Shown here one piece after another: positions 19,276 through 28,880 of a DNA stretch of 64,000 bases. This DNA is from an uncultured Thermoleophilia bacterium. GTDB lineage: Bacteria > Actinomycetota > Thermoleophilia > UBA2241. A model generated the notes under the pieces. The model did not search any database, was not told the DNA's origin, and worked only from the letters and a program-made list of their open reading frames with translations. The position numbers and the translations under genes are program-made. Numbering within the stretch: the first letter of the stretch is position 1; each line of letters starts with the position of its first letter. The stretch lies in NCBI GenBank assembly GCA_963735345.1, contig CAVTKL010000013.1, forward strand, positions 103,897 through 167,896, given 5' to 3'.

Positions 19276-20268
19276 TTGTCAACGAGTGACGCAGACGGTT
19301 TCGTGGGGCAACCGGTCGTCGAGATCCGCGGCCTGAGTAAGCGCTTCGGGCAGGTCGTCGCCCTGGATGGGTTCGACTTGACGCTGCCGCGAGCCGCGGT
19401 CGGTCTGCTCGGCGCCAACGGAGCCGGCAAGACGACGTTGCTGCGGATCTTGCTCGGACTGACGAACGCCACCGCAGGCACGGCCAGTGTGCTCGGTCTC
19501 GACACCCGATCGCAGGGCGTCAAGATCCGCGAGCATGTCGGGTACATGCCGGAATCCGATGTCCTGCCGACGAGCACGACGGCCGCCGATTTCGTGGGTC
19601 ACATGGCGGAGATGAGCGGCTTGCCCGCCCGTGCGGCTCGCCAGCGGGCTGCAGACGTGCTCTATCAAGTTGGGCTGGACGAAGAGCGCTACCGCTTGAT
19701 CAAGGGTCTGTCCACCGGAATGAAGCAGCGCGTCAAGCTCGCGCAGGCCATCGTGCACGACCCCGGTCTCGTCTGCCTCGATGAACCGACCAACGGCATG
19801 GACCCGCAGGGCCGAGACGACATGCTCGATCTGATCAAGCGGATCCACAGGATGCTCGGCGTCTCGCTGATCGTCTCATCGCACATCCTTGAAGACATCG
19901 AACGCGTCTGCGACTACGTGGTGATCCTCAGCGAGGGCAAGCTCATGCTCGCGCAACCGATCGAAGGCATCGGGACCGAGCAAGGCGATCTGCTCGTGCG
20001 CATCGACGGCGATGTCGACGCCTTCATCCGGCGACTCGCCGGCGCCGGGGTGCACGCGGCTAGGGGCGCAAGCGCCGAACTGACCGCGCGCGACGAGTTG
20101 GTGATCCGCTACGACGGCGACCACGTGTACGACGCGGTGCGCGATGCCGCAGCCGATCTCGGGGTCGCCCTGCGCTCGCTGCGGAAGCCGATGCAGTCGC
20201 TCGAAGACACGTACATCGGCGAGGTCGAACGACCTGTCGAGGCGAGAGGCGCCGATGGCGGCTCCTGA
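19276..20268 (+). CDS. ABC transporter ATP-binding protein
   Basis: GANGAGKTT, LSTGMKQR, CLDEPTNG. Confidence 0.93.
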   Translation: MSTSDADGFVGQPVVEIRGLSKRFGQVVALDGFDLTLPRAAVGLLGANGAGKTTLLRILLGLTNATAGTASVLGLDTRSQGVKIREHVGYMPESDVLPTSTTAADFVGHMAEMSGLPARAARQRAADVLYQVGLDEERYRLIKGLSTGMKQRVKLAQAIVHDPGLVCLDEPTNGMDPQGRDDMLDLIKRIHRMLGVSLIVSSHILEDIERVCDYVVILSEGKLMLAQPIEGIGTEQGDLLVRIDGDVDAFIRRLAGAGVHAARGASAELTARDELVIRYDGDHVYDAVRDAAADLGVALRSLRKPMQSLEDTYIGEVERPVEARGADGGS

Positions 20269-21157
20269 CCCGGCGATGAACCAACCTGCCGCCTTCGGAG
20301 AGGTATACGACCGGGGCTACGGGCACTACGAGGGAGACCGCCTCGGTCGCCCCCAGGCCTTCCGCGCCCTGATCCGCTACTCGATCAGCAGATCGCTCGG
20401 GATCAGGAAGCGCTGGACCGCGAAGGTCCTGCCGATCATTCTCTACACGGTCGCTGCCGGGACCGTGCTCGTCGTGATCGGGGTCGAAGCGTTCCTCGCA
20501 CGCGTGACCGACGAAGTGCTGATGTCGTACGGCGACTTCTTCGGCTTCATCTTCGTGATCGAAGGGATCTTCGTCGCGACGATCGCGCCGGAGATGCTCT
20601 GTCCCGACCGGCGCCAGGATGTCTTGACGCTCTACTTCTCCAGGCCGATCACCCGGCTCGACTACGTTCTGGCCAAACTCACGGCGGCGGCGATCCTCAC
20701 GCTGACGTTGTCGTTCGTCCCGGCGGCGTTCCTCTGGCTCTTCCGCAATCTGCTCGCGGACGCGCCGCTGGTCGCGCTCGCCGACAACGCCGGCGACCTC
20801 GCGAGGATCGCCCTCGCCGGCGGGCTCATCTCGCTCTATCTCGGGGCGATCGGACTGGCGATCTCCTCGTTCACCGGACGGAAGATGATCGCCGTTCCCG
20901 TGATCGTCGTCGGCTACCTGGTGACGGAGGGCCTGGTCAACACGATCGCCTACGCGCTCGGAGAGAACCGGATCGCCGACTGGATCACCTTCCTCAGTCC
21001 GGCGACGATCTCGAACAACCTCGCCTCCTCGCTCTTCCCACCGCAAACCGGCATCGACGGCATTCCGTTCCAGTGGTGGGCGTATGCGGCAGGTATGGCC
21101 GTGACGATCATCATCGCCTGCGCCGTGATGATCTGGCGCTACGTGCCGGAGGATTGA
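20255..21157 (+). CDS. ABC-2 type permease
   Basis: Multiple TM segments, LYFSRPITRLDYVLAK. Confidence 0.88.
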   Translation: MAAPDPAMNQPAAFGEVYDRGYGHYEGDRLGRPQAFRALIRYSISRSLGIRKRWTAKVLPIILYTVAAGTVLVVIGVEAFLARVTDEVLMSYGDFFGFIFVIEGIFVATIAPEMLCPDRRQDVLTLYFSRPITRLDYVLAKLTAAAILTLTLSFVPAAFLWLFRNLLADAPLVALADNAGDLARIALAGGLISLYLGAIGLAISSFTGRKMIAVPVIVVGYLVTEGLVNTIAYALGENRIADWITFLSPATISNNLASSLFPPQTGIDGIPFQWWAYAAGMAVTIIIACAVMIWRYVPED

Positions 21158-21158
21158 G

Positions 21159-22148
21159 ATGAGAGGCAAACCCCCCTCCCCACTCTCCGGCGGAGCGGCG
21201 AAACCGGTCCTTCTCCCCGGCGTCGTGGCGGGGACCAAGCCGACGATCCTCGTTGAAGGCGTCTCCAGATGGTACGGCGACATCGTCGCCGTCTCCGATG
21301 TCTCCTTCGGGATCGCGCCGGGCGTCACCGCCCTGCTGGGGCCCAACGGCGCGGGGAAGTCGACCATCCTGAAGATGATGGCCGGCCTGCTGCGCCCCTC
21401 GAGTGGGACGATCCGAATCCAGGGTCACCCTGCACGAGGCAGTGTCGACCTGTACCGTCACTTCGGCCTCGTGCATGAATCGGAGACGGTCTATCCGTTC
21501 CTGACGGGTCGCGAGTTCGTGCGCTTCAACGCGACCCTCCAGAAGCTGACGAACGCCGACCAGGCGACCGACAGGGCGCTTGCGACCGTCGAGATGACCG
21601 CCGCGGCGGATCGCAGAGTCGGCGGGTACTCGAAAGGCATGCGGCAGCGGATCAAGGTCGCGGGGGCGCTGGTGCACGATCCGGATGTCCTGCTCATGGA
21701 CGAGCCACTGAACGGCATGGACCCCGCCCAGCGCGCTCAGATGATAGATCTGATCCGCGCCCTCGGGCGCACGAAGACGATCCTGGTCTCCTCTCACGTC
21801 CTGGCCGAGGTCGAGCGCTTCGCCGACAACATCATCGTCATCGTGAACGGCAAGCTCGCCGCCGCCGGGGACTACCGCGTCATTCGCGACAAGATCGACG
21901 GGCACGATCACACCGTCCGGATCCGTTCGGACGACCCGCGCCGGCTCGCGGCCACGCTCATCGGGCACCCCGCCACGCGTTCGGTCAAGGTCGAGCGCGA
22001 ATGCCGCATCCTGGCGGAGACGAGCGACGCCCGCGCCTTCTACAAGGCCCTGCCCGGCTTGGCGCAACAGGCGAACGTCCGCCTCTACGAGGTCCAGGCC
22101 GGCGACGAGTCACTGCAGTCGGTGTTCGCGTATCTGGTGGAGAGATAG
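21159..22148 (+). CDS. ABC transporter ATP-binding protein
   Basis: GPNGAGKST, YSKGMRQR, LMDEPLNG. Confidence 0.93.
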   Translation: MRGKPPSPLSGGAAKPVLLPGVVAGTKPTILVEGVSRWYGDIVAVSDVSFGIAPGVTALLGPNGAGKSTILKMMAGLLRPSSGTIRIQGHPARGSVDLYRHFGLVHESETVYPFLTGREFVRFNATLQKLTNADQATDRALATVEMTAAADRRVGGYSKGMRQRIKVAGALVHDPDVLLMDEPLNGMDPAQRAQMIDLIRALGRTKTILVSSHVLAEVERFADNIIVIVNGKLAAAGDYRVIRDKIDGHDHTVRIRSDDPRRLAATLIGHPATRSVKVERECRILAETSDARAFYKALPGLAQQANVRLYEVQAGDESLQSVFAYLVER

Positions 22149-22154
22149 CGGGCG

Positions 22155-22913
22155 GTGAGACCCATGAACGTCATCCGGCAGCACTTCCCCGTCATCTGGC
22201 TCACGATCAGGCAGTTCCTGGGGGGCAAGGCCATACGCGTCGTCATCGGGCTCGCGCTGATCCCGGTCGTCTTCGGTCTGATCTACCTCATTCAGCCGAA
22301 TCGGGAGCGACCCGTCCTCTTCCTGGGCAACACGGTCTTCCTCGAGTTGATGATCCCGACGCTCCTGCCGCTCACCGTCCTGGTGCTGGCGACGAGTGCC
22401 TTCGGCAACGATATCGAGGACCGCACACTCCCCTACCTCACCCTCAAGCCGGTCAGCCGGTCCCGGATCGTGATTGAGAAGCTGGCCGGCAGCGTGCTGG
22501 TCTCGGGGCCGATCGTCGTGCTCGGCCTCACCATGACCTACCTGGTGGTGATGCGCGGTGACTCCGGCGCGCATCTGCAACTGCTCTGGGCGATGATCGT
22601 CGCTTCGCTCGTCACCACGATCACCTACTCCGCGATCTTCATGCTCGTCAGTCTGCTGATCTCCCGCGCGCTGGTGGCCGCCCTCATCTACCTCTTCGTG
22701 TGGGAGTCGATCCTGGGACGCTTCGTGCCCGGCCTGCGGTACGTCAGCATCCGGCACTTCGTCGCCTCGATCTTCGCTGCCGTCGCGGACGATCCCCGCT
22801 TCCCGCTCAACGACGCGACGGGTCTGGCCGCCGCGGTCGCGACCTTGACGATCGCCTCGGTCATCGCGGTCGCCCTCGCGGTCTGGCGCCTGCGGACGAT
22901 GAATCTGAGCTAA
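22155..22913 (+). CDS. ABC-2 type permease
   Basis: DIEDRTLPYLTLKPVSRSRIVIEK; multiple TM segments. Confidence 0.88.
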   Translation: MRPMNVIRQHFPVIWLTIRQFLGGKAIRVVIGLALIPVVFGLIYLIQPNRERPVLFLGNTVFLELMIPTLLPLTVLVLATSAFGNDIEDRTLPYLTLKPVSRSRIVIEKLAGSVLVSGPIVVLGLTMTYLVVMRGDSGAHLQLLWAMIVASLVTTITYSAIFMLVSLLISRALVAALIYLFVWESILGRFVPGLRYVSIRHFVASIFAAVADDPRFPLNDATGLAAAVATLTIASVIAVALAVWRLRTMNLS

Positions 22914-22941
22914 CCACAGGGCCGACTGCCTGAGCAGTTCC

Positions 22942-23330
22942 ATGAGGAACGCGACACCTACGAGAAGGCCGAGGATCGCGCCCTGGCGCCGTGCGCGCGA
23001 CGCCTTCGCGGGGACGACGATCAGGAAGAACAGCAGGCCTGCGACCGCGGCCGGCACGAAGACGGTCATCAAGGCCAGAACCACCTCCGCCGTCTTGGCG
23101 GTGTCCTTGATGTTGAACCCCAGGGCCTCAAGCAGACGCAGTGTCGTCTGCAGGCCGAAGATCACGACGCGCCCGGGCAGGATACGAACCAGCAACTCGA
23201 AGAGCGCGAACGCAGCGTTCGACAGGCCGATGAGCGCACCGAGCGCGAGGAGTCCGAGCAGGGCCGCCGCAAGCAGGGCGCCCGCGGCGAGGCCGGTGAG
23301 GCTACGGCTGGCCGCGCCTGACTTCATCAC
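22942..23330 (-). pseudogene. Truncated diverged copy of the 5' end of the molybdopterin oxidoreductase gene (37960-38348)
   Basis: About 390 bp near-identical to 37960-38348 with scattered substitutions; ends abruptly. Confidence 0.85.
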
Positions 23331-23347
23331 GGCATTGGGTTCGCAGC

Positions 23348-24580
23348 CTACTGGGGCAGTCGTGCCAGATGCGTCGCCAGCGAGGGGCCGTGAGGCTTGA
23401 GCCGTAGCTTGCGCCGCAAGTTCTTTCTGTGGAAGGCGACTGTCGTCGCCGAGATGCACAACGCCGCAGCTATCTCACCCGAGCTCTTGCCCGCCCTGAT
23501 CAGATTGGCGATCTCACGTTCTCTCAGGGTGAGCTGTACCTCAGGGCCGGCCAGAGCGTCCAGAGACTGGGTGAAAGGACGGATGAGCTCTCGCAGGTTC
23601 TGCAGCGCCGCGTCCGCGTAGATTGCCTCAGGAGCGGCGGCCAGCTGCCGCCGCAGCCGTTCCAGGAGGGGTACGATCATCGTCTCCGCATTGGCCACGA
23701 TGGTACGCTCGAGCTCGACGCGATCGTGGTTGCGCTGGTTGAGGATGACCCTTAAAGCCGTGTTGACGTCCTCGAGCGCCGCCGCCTGGTGACGAAGCGA
23801 CTCCTCGGAGGCCTCAAGAGCTCTCTGCAGGGTCTTGTGCTCGGTGAGATCGGTGCCGAGGGCAAAGCACGTACGCTGTCCTCGGAAGACGCAGGCGAGG
23901 AGCGTCACGGTCATGGCCTTGAGCGAGTCGCCGATCAGCAGTTCCAGGTCGAGAGTCTTGACGGACGCGCCGCTCGCCAGGGCCGACCTGACGCCCGCTG
24001 CTGCATCCTTTCCCCATACCGCCGCCACATTCTGGCCGAGTAGCCTCGCCCTGCTGGTCGTCAGGAGTCTGAGCCCGGCGGAGTTGGCGTCCAGGAAGCG
24101 ACCGTTCTCGGCGATGTGGTACGCGGGGTTCACCGCCTGCGCGAACAGTGCGTGATACAGCTCTGCGGCTTCGTGCTGCGCCCGTTCGGTCTCTTGCTCG
24201 TGGGTGATGTCGCGAATGGCGCCGACCATATGCGCGGGGCGTCCCTCCTCATCTCTGAGAGTGACGCCGCGATCGCGAACCAGAATGTAGCTGCCATCGC
24301 CGCGACGCATGCGATAGTCGCCCTCGTAGACTCCGCCCTTGAGGGCGGCACGCTGGTTGCTCAGGAGGACCTTCTCGCCGTCTTCCGGATGCAGGCGTTC
24401 CAACCAGCCGTCGAAGGTCCTGGGCAGCTCGCCGGGTCTCAGCCTCAGCAGCACATCCATCTGGGCAGACATCTCCATGCGGCCGGTCAGAAAGTGCCAG
24501 TCGTAGTATGCGTCGAACACGGCGTCGACGAAGGCCCGCAGGCGCATGTCGCTGAAGGCCAGATCAGGCTGATCGCGCAT
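23348..24580 (-). CDS. PAS-PAS-LuxR transcriptional regulator
   Basis: WLERLHPED, YRMRRGDGSY PAS motifs; LTLREREIANLIRAGKSSGEIA...TVAFHRKNLRRKL. Confidence 0.9.
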   Translation of the reverse strand: MRDQPDLAFSDMRLRAFVDAVFDAYYDWHFLTGRMEMSAQMDVLLRLRPGELPRTFDGWLERLHPEDGEKVLLSNQRAALKGGVYEGDYRMRRGDGSYILVRDRGVTLRDEEGRPAHMVGAIRDITHEQETERAQHEAAELYHALFAQAVNPAYHIAENGRFLDANSAGLRLLTTSRARLLGQNVAAVWGKDAAAGVRSALASGASVKTLDLELLIGDSLKAMTVTLLACVFRGQRTCFALGTDLTEHKTLQRALEASEESLRHQAAALEDVNTALRVILNQRNHDRVELERTIVANAETMIVPLLERLRRQLAAAPEAIYADAALQNLRELIRPFTQSLDALAGPEVQLTLREREIANLIRAGKSSGEIAAALCISATTVAFHRKNLRRKLRLKPHGPSLATHLARLPQ

Positions 24581-24815
24581 GATGCCCTCTCTCTCTGCCG
24601 TAGCGGAGGGAATCGCCCACTCCTCAGCACTGAGTGGCATTAACTCTCTTTGCGCCCTCATTATACTCTTCTTCCCGTCGTCGAGGTCTGTGCTTCAATG
24701 CATGTTGAGGAAGAGACGGACCGGGGAGTGCGCGGTCGTCCTGGCCGTGACACGAGCGTGTTCGTCTGCGGCAGGTATGGGCAGATCGGATTTGTCCTTT
24801 GAACCGGGGAGGCAT

Positions 24816-25217
24816 GTGGCTACGAAGACGAAGCTCCAGGATGGGGGGTGTCTCTGCCATCTGGATCAGTCTGCCCCGCGTGGGCGCGTCATCGAATCGC
24901 GCGTCACCGGCCCACAGTCACCCATCATGTTCGCGGTCGGCGACATCCTGGGTGTGGGTCATCGCGACCGCCAGTGGACCACGTACGTGTGGGTCACAGA
25001 TCAGAGCGGACACGCCGGCTGGGTGCCAGATACCTACCTCGTCATGACGGGCGAGCATGAGGCGGTGGCGATCCGCGACTACGACGCCACCGAACTCACG
25101 ATCATCAAGGACGAACTCGTGGACATGCTCGAGGAGGCGGGTGGGTGGACGCGCTGCCGGAACGCCCACGGCATCGACGGCTGGGTGCCGAGCGAGAACA
25201 TCAGAATCCTGGTCTGA
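24816..25217 (+). CDS. Tandem SH3-like domain protein
   Basis: GWVPDTYL, AIRDYDATELTI, GGWTRCRN..GIDGWVP. Confidence 0.75.
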   Translation: MATKTKLQDGGCLCHLDQSAPRGRVIESRVTGPQSPIMFAVGDILGVGHRDRQWTTYVWVTDQSGHAGWVPDTYLVMTGEHEAVAIRDYDATELTIIKDELVDMLEEAGGWTRCRNAHGIDGWVPSENIRILV

Positions 25218-25262
25218 AGAAGCAGACAGGCAACGAGCGAAACCCAACCAAGGAGGTACTAC

Positions 25263-26249
25263 ATGGCGAAGACACTCGAATCTATGAAGAGCGTTTCCAT
25301 CGAGGACATCGACAAGTATTTCGCTACGGCGAAGATCATCAAGGACTTCATGCTGAAGGACGGCTACAAGCCGACCTTCTTCCAGAACAACCAGGTCCTT
25401 GCCACCGTGTGGGAGCGTCCCTCGCTGCGCACCCGCGTCTCCTTCGAGACCGGCTTCCAGGCGCTCGGCGGCGGCGTCATCACCCTGAAGGCGTATCCGG
25501 CGAATGCCGCGGATATCATCTTCAAGGAAGACGTCCGCGACCAGGCCAACGTGCTCGAGAGCATGTGCGACCTCGTCATGGCGCGCACCTACAGCCACGA
25601 CACCATCACCAAGCTCGGCGCCGCGATGAGCATCCCGCTGATCAACGGCATGAGCGACATGGCTCACCCCGTCCAGCAGCTCACCGACCTGTTCACGACT
25701 CTCGAGCAGAAGGGCAAGCTCAAGGGCCTCAAGGTCGCCTACATGGGCGAGGGCACCGGCAACACCGCGCAGGACTGGCTCATCGCCGCCGCGAGCTGCG
25801 GCATGAACTTCACGATGGCGACCCCGGACTACTCCAAGCACAAGCTGCTCCAGGACCTGCATTTCGGCATGCCGGATCAGACCTGGGTAGACGAGGCCAA
25901 GAAGCGCGCCGCCATCACCGGCGCGACGATCACCTTCACCAACGATCCCGTCGCGGCCGCCAAGGACGCGGATGTCATCTACACCGACAGCTGGATCGCC
26001 TACGACGTGCCGGAAGAGAAGGCTCAGGCCAACGAGATCCGCGAGATCTTCCTGCCGTACCAGGTCAACGCTGAGCTCCTCAAGTTGGCCCCGAACGCGA
26101 TCGTCATGCACTGCCAGCCGATGTACCGCGGCTTCGAGATCACCGAAGAGGTCACCTCGAGCCCGCAGTGCGTCGTGTCCGCGCAGGCCGAGAACCGCTA
26201 CCATCTGCAGAAGGGCGTGATGGTCGAGCTTCTCAAGCCGGGCGTCTGA
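25263..26249 (+). CDS. Carbamoyltransferase (OTC family, divergent acceptor site)
   Basis: PSLRTRVSFE, MART, INGMSDMAHPVQ, MHCQP, QAENR; AAGGAGG RBS. Confidence 0.9.
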   Translation: MAKTLESMKSVSIEDIDKYFATAKIIKDFMLKDGYKPTFFQNNQVLATVWERPSLRTRVSFETGFQALGGGVITLKAYPANAADIIFKEDVRDQANVLESMCDLVMARTYSHDTITKLGAAMSIPLINGMSDMAHPVQQLTDLFTTLEQKGKLKGLKVAYMGEGTGNTAQDWLIAAASCGMNFTMATPDYSKHKLLQDLHFGMPDQTWVDEAKKRAAITGATITFTNDPVAAAKDADVIYTDSWIAYDVPEEKAQANEIREIFLPYQVNAELLKLAPNAIVMHCQPMYRGFEITEEVTSSPQCVVSAQAENRYHLQKGVMVELLKPGV

Positions 26250-26286
26250 CAACACTGACCAGTCAACGGAATCGGAGGACGAATAC

Positions 26287-27249
26287 GTGAAACTAGTCGT
26301 AGCTCTTGGCGGCAACGCCATCAAGCAGGCCCACGAGGCGGGCACCGCGGAAGAGCAGTTCGCGAACTGCGAGGTCACCGCGGAAGCGCTCGCCAAGATC
26401 GTCAGCGAGTTCAAGGACGGCGACTGGCTCGCCATCACGCACGGCAACGGTCCGCAGTCGGGTAACCTCGACGTGCAGCAGGTCGCCGGCAAGGAGAAGG
26501 TCCCGGCGCAGCCGCTCGACGTCGTCGGCGCCATGACCCAGGGCCAGATCGGCTACATGTTCATGAACACGATGGAGAAGCACCTCAAGGCGCACGGCGT
26601 CGACAAGGACGTCATCGCCGTCGTCAACCAGGTCATCGTGGACCCGGCCGATCCCGAGTTCGTGGGCGAGAACGCCTCCAAGCCGGTCGGCAACTTCTTC
26701 AGCGAAGAAGAGGCCAAGGCTCTGAAGGCCGCGCACCCCGACTACGTGGTCAAGCACGTCAAGCCGAGTGCGGAGAAGGGTTGGCGCCGTACGGTGCCGT
26801 CCCCGCTTCCGGCGGCCAACGCCGAGGCGCGCGCCCTCAAGAAGATCCTCGACGCCGGCATCATCGTCATCGCCTCCGGCGGCGGCGGCATCCCGGTCAT
26901 GGAAGATGCGGAAGGCAACTACCAGGGCCTCGAAGCCGTCATCGACAAGGACCGCGCGGGTGAGGTCATGGCCATCACCCTCGGCGCCGACACCTTCATG
27001 GTGCTCACCGACGTCGAGAACGCGATCCTCAACTTCGGCAAGGACAACGCCACGCCGGTCGGCAACGTGTCCGTCGCGGACATGAAGAAGCACGCCGCTG
27101 AGGGTCATTTCATGGCCGGCAGCATGGGCCCGAAGGTCGCCTCGGCAATGAAGTTCATCGAGGACGGCGGCCAGCGGGCCATCATCACCTCGCTGAGCAA
27201 GTCCGTGGACGCGCTGGCGGGCAAGTGCGGGACCATCATCACCAAGTAA
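26287..27249 (+). CDS. arcC: Carbamate kinase
   Basis: VALGGNAI, THGNGPQ, TQGQIGY, KPVG, RRTVPSP, GGGGIPV, EAVIDKD, GSMGPKV. Confidence 0.96.
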   Translation: MKLVVALGGNAIKQAHEAGTAEEQFANCEVTAEALAKIVSEFKDGDWLAITHGNGPQSGNLDVQQVAGKEKVPAQPLDVVGAMTQGQIGYMFMNTMEKHLKAHGVDKDVIAVVNQVIVDPADPEFVGENASKPVGNFFSEEEAKALKAAHPDYVVKHVKPSAEKGWRRTVPSPLPAANAEARALKKILDAGIIVIASGGGGIPVMEDAEGNYQGLEAVIDKDRAGEVMAITLGADTFMVLTDVENAILNFGKDNATPVGNVSVADMKKHAAEGHFMAGSMGPKVASAMKFIEDGGQRAIITSLSKSVDALAGKCGTIITK

Positions 27250-27269
27250 GAGCGTGAATCAGGAGGTGA

Positions 27270-27289
27270 GGGGGGGCGTCCGCCCCCCC
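27270..27289 (+). terminator. Hairpin after arcC
   Basis: GGGGGGGCG-tc-CGCCCCCCC. Confidence 0.5.
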
Positions 27290-27803
27290 GATCCTCCGCC
27301 CCAAGGCCACCCGAAGGGGAAGGCCGCGAGAGGGGCGAGTTCATCGCGTCGCGCATCTCCGCTCCCACGGTTGTGACCTCCTTCCGGAGGGCGGCGGCTC
27401 TTCATGGCGGCACAACCCGGCTCACACCAGCACCCAGAGCTGCCCAGAGGGTGCCCTGTCGTCGTGGTGTCGGAGCACTGCGATCTGCCGATGAAGGCGC
27501 TCCCATGCGACTCGTCTGGCGGCGGCTCATGGGCGACCGCCGCCTGCCAACGCCTTGATCGCGGAGAACTCCAGATCAAGCCGGAGCCATAGATGCTCCT
27601 CGACAAGGCCGACGCCGCCCGGCCCATCTAGTCCGCCCCGATGTACGAGCGGCCCTGAGAGTCGCTTCCCTCGTGCACTCGCCGTCCGGCAGGCGCGCCG
27701 GGGCGTGAACCGCGAGGGCGAGGGAAGCTTCTGAGGCGCGACGCGCTTTCGTCGTCGACGGCGAGCACGCGACGTGGCGTGAGTCCAGCCGACGGATCGA
27801 GCA

Positions 27804-27967
27804 GACGGGCCCGACCGGTATGATGGACCGTGGAGCACTGCGGGCCGACAGCTGATGCATGGGCGGCACGCTCAGAAGGGCCCGACAGCCGGGTCTCGCC
27901 TCATTCGTGGCGCTCCCGCACCGTCGTCGAGCTGAGGAATCCCGTGTCGATGATCCACTCCTTCCAG
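27804..27967. repeat. Dispersed intergenic repeat, copy 1
   Basis: GGCCCGACnGGTATGATGGACCGTGGAGCA...TCCCGTGTCGAyGATCCACT shared with 39884-40047. Confidence 0.75.
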
Positions 27968-28031
27968 CGCTCCTCGATCAGAGGGACCACCCTCCGCCGG
28001 GTCTCGCCGCCGGATTGACCGGCGCCTGCAG

Positions 28032-28790
28032 ATGTCCGTCACCGACTTCCTGATCATCCTGCTCGCCGGCATGGGCGCCGGGACCGTCAACACCGTCGTC
28101 GGCTCCGGCTCGCTCATCACGTTCCCCACGCTCATAGCGCTCGGCTACCCGCCCCTGCTGGCCAACGTGTCCAACAACGTCGGCCTCGTGCCCGGCTCGA
28201 TGTCGGGTGTCCACGGCTACCGCCGCGAGTTGATCGGCCAACGGACGCGCTTGCGGCGGCTGGCGCCCGCGTCGACTCTCGGTGCGCTGACCGGAGCGGC
28301 GCTCTTGCTGGTGCTGCCGAGCAGCTTGTTCGACAAGGTCGTCATCGTCCTCATCAGCATCGCGCTCGTGCTCGTCGTGGTGCAACCGACACTGTCGCGG
28401 CGGATCGCCGCCCGGCGAGCAGCACGTCCCGGCAGCCACCACGACGCAACGCTGGGCGTGCAGGTGCTGGTGGCGCTGGCCGGCGTGTACGGCGGCTACT
28501 TCGGCGCCGCGCAAGGCATCCTCCTCATCTCGATCCTCGGGATCATGATCGACGACCACCTCCAGCGCCTCAACGCCTGCAAGAACGTGCTGGCCGGCAC
28601 CGTCAACGCGGTGGCCGCGGTCGTCTTCATCTTCGCCACCGACGTCGACTGGAAGGTGGTCGCAGCCATCGCCGTGGGCTCCACCATCGGGGGCCAGATC
28701 GGCGCACGGTACGGCCGCCGGCTCAATCCCGTGGCGCTGCGCGGCCTCATCGTGGTCGTCGGCCTCATCGCGGTCATCCGCCTGCTCTGA
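28032..28790 (+). CDS. Sulfite exporter TauE/SafE (TSUP) family protein
   Basis: AGTVNTVVGSGSLITFP; GVYGGYFGAAQG; NACKNVL. Confidence 0.9.
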   Translation: MSVTDFLIILLAGMGAGTVNTVVGSGSLITFPTLIALGYPPLLANVSNNVGLVPGSMSGVHGYRRELIGQRTRLRRLAPASTLGALTGAALLLVLPSSLFDKVVIVLISIALVLVVVQPTLSRRIAARRAARPGSHHDATLGVQVLVALAGVYGGYFGAAQGILLISILGIMIDDHLQRLNACKNVLAGTVNAVAAVVFIFATDVDWKVVAAIAVGSTIGGQIGARYGRRLNPVALRGLIVVVGLIAVIRLL

Positions 28791-28880
28791 CGCGTTGGTG
28801 GGGCGCGACCCGTCTGCGAGACGCTGGCCGGAGGGTCCTTGGCGACCCCCCGCGGCCGCGAACGATATGATGTGGCCAGG

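Noticed and set aside
22110-23459. 449-aa minus-strand ORF as a real gene
   Set aside because: It is the duplicated oxidoreductase fragment running into the antisense strand of the ABC permease
24918-26534. Long antisense ORFs (this one, 9139-10509, 32895-34307 and others)
   Set aside because: Shadow frames expected in high-GC DNA opposite well-supported genes
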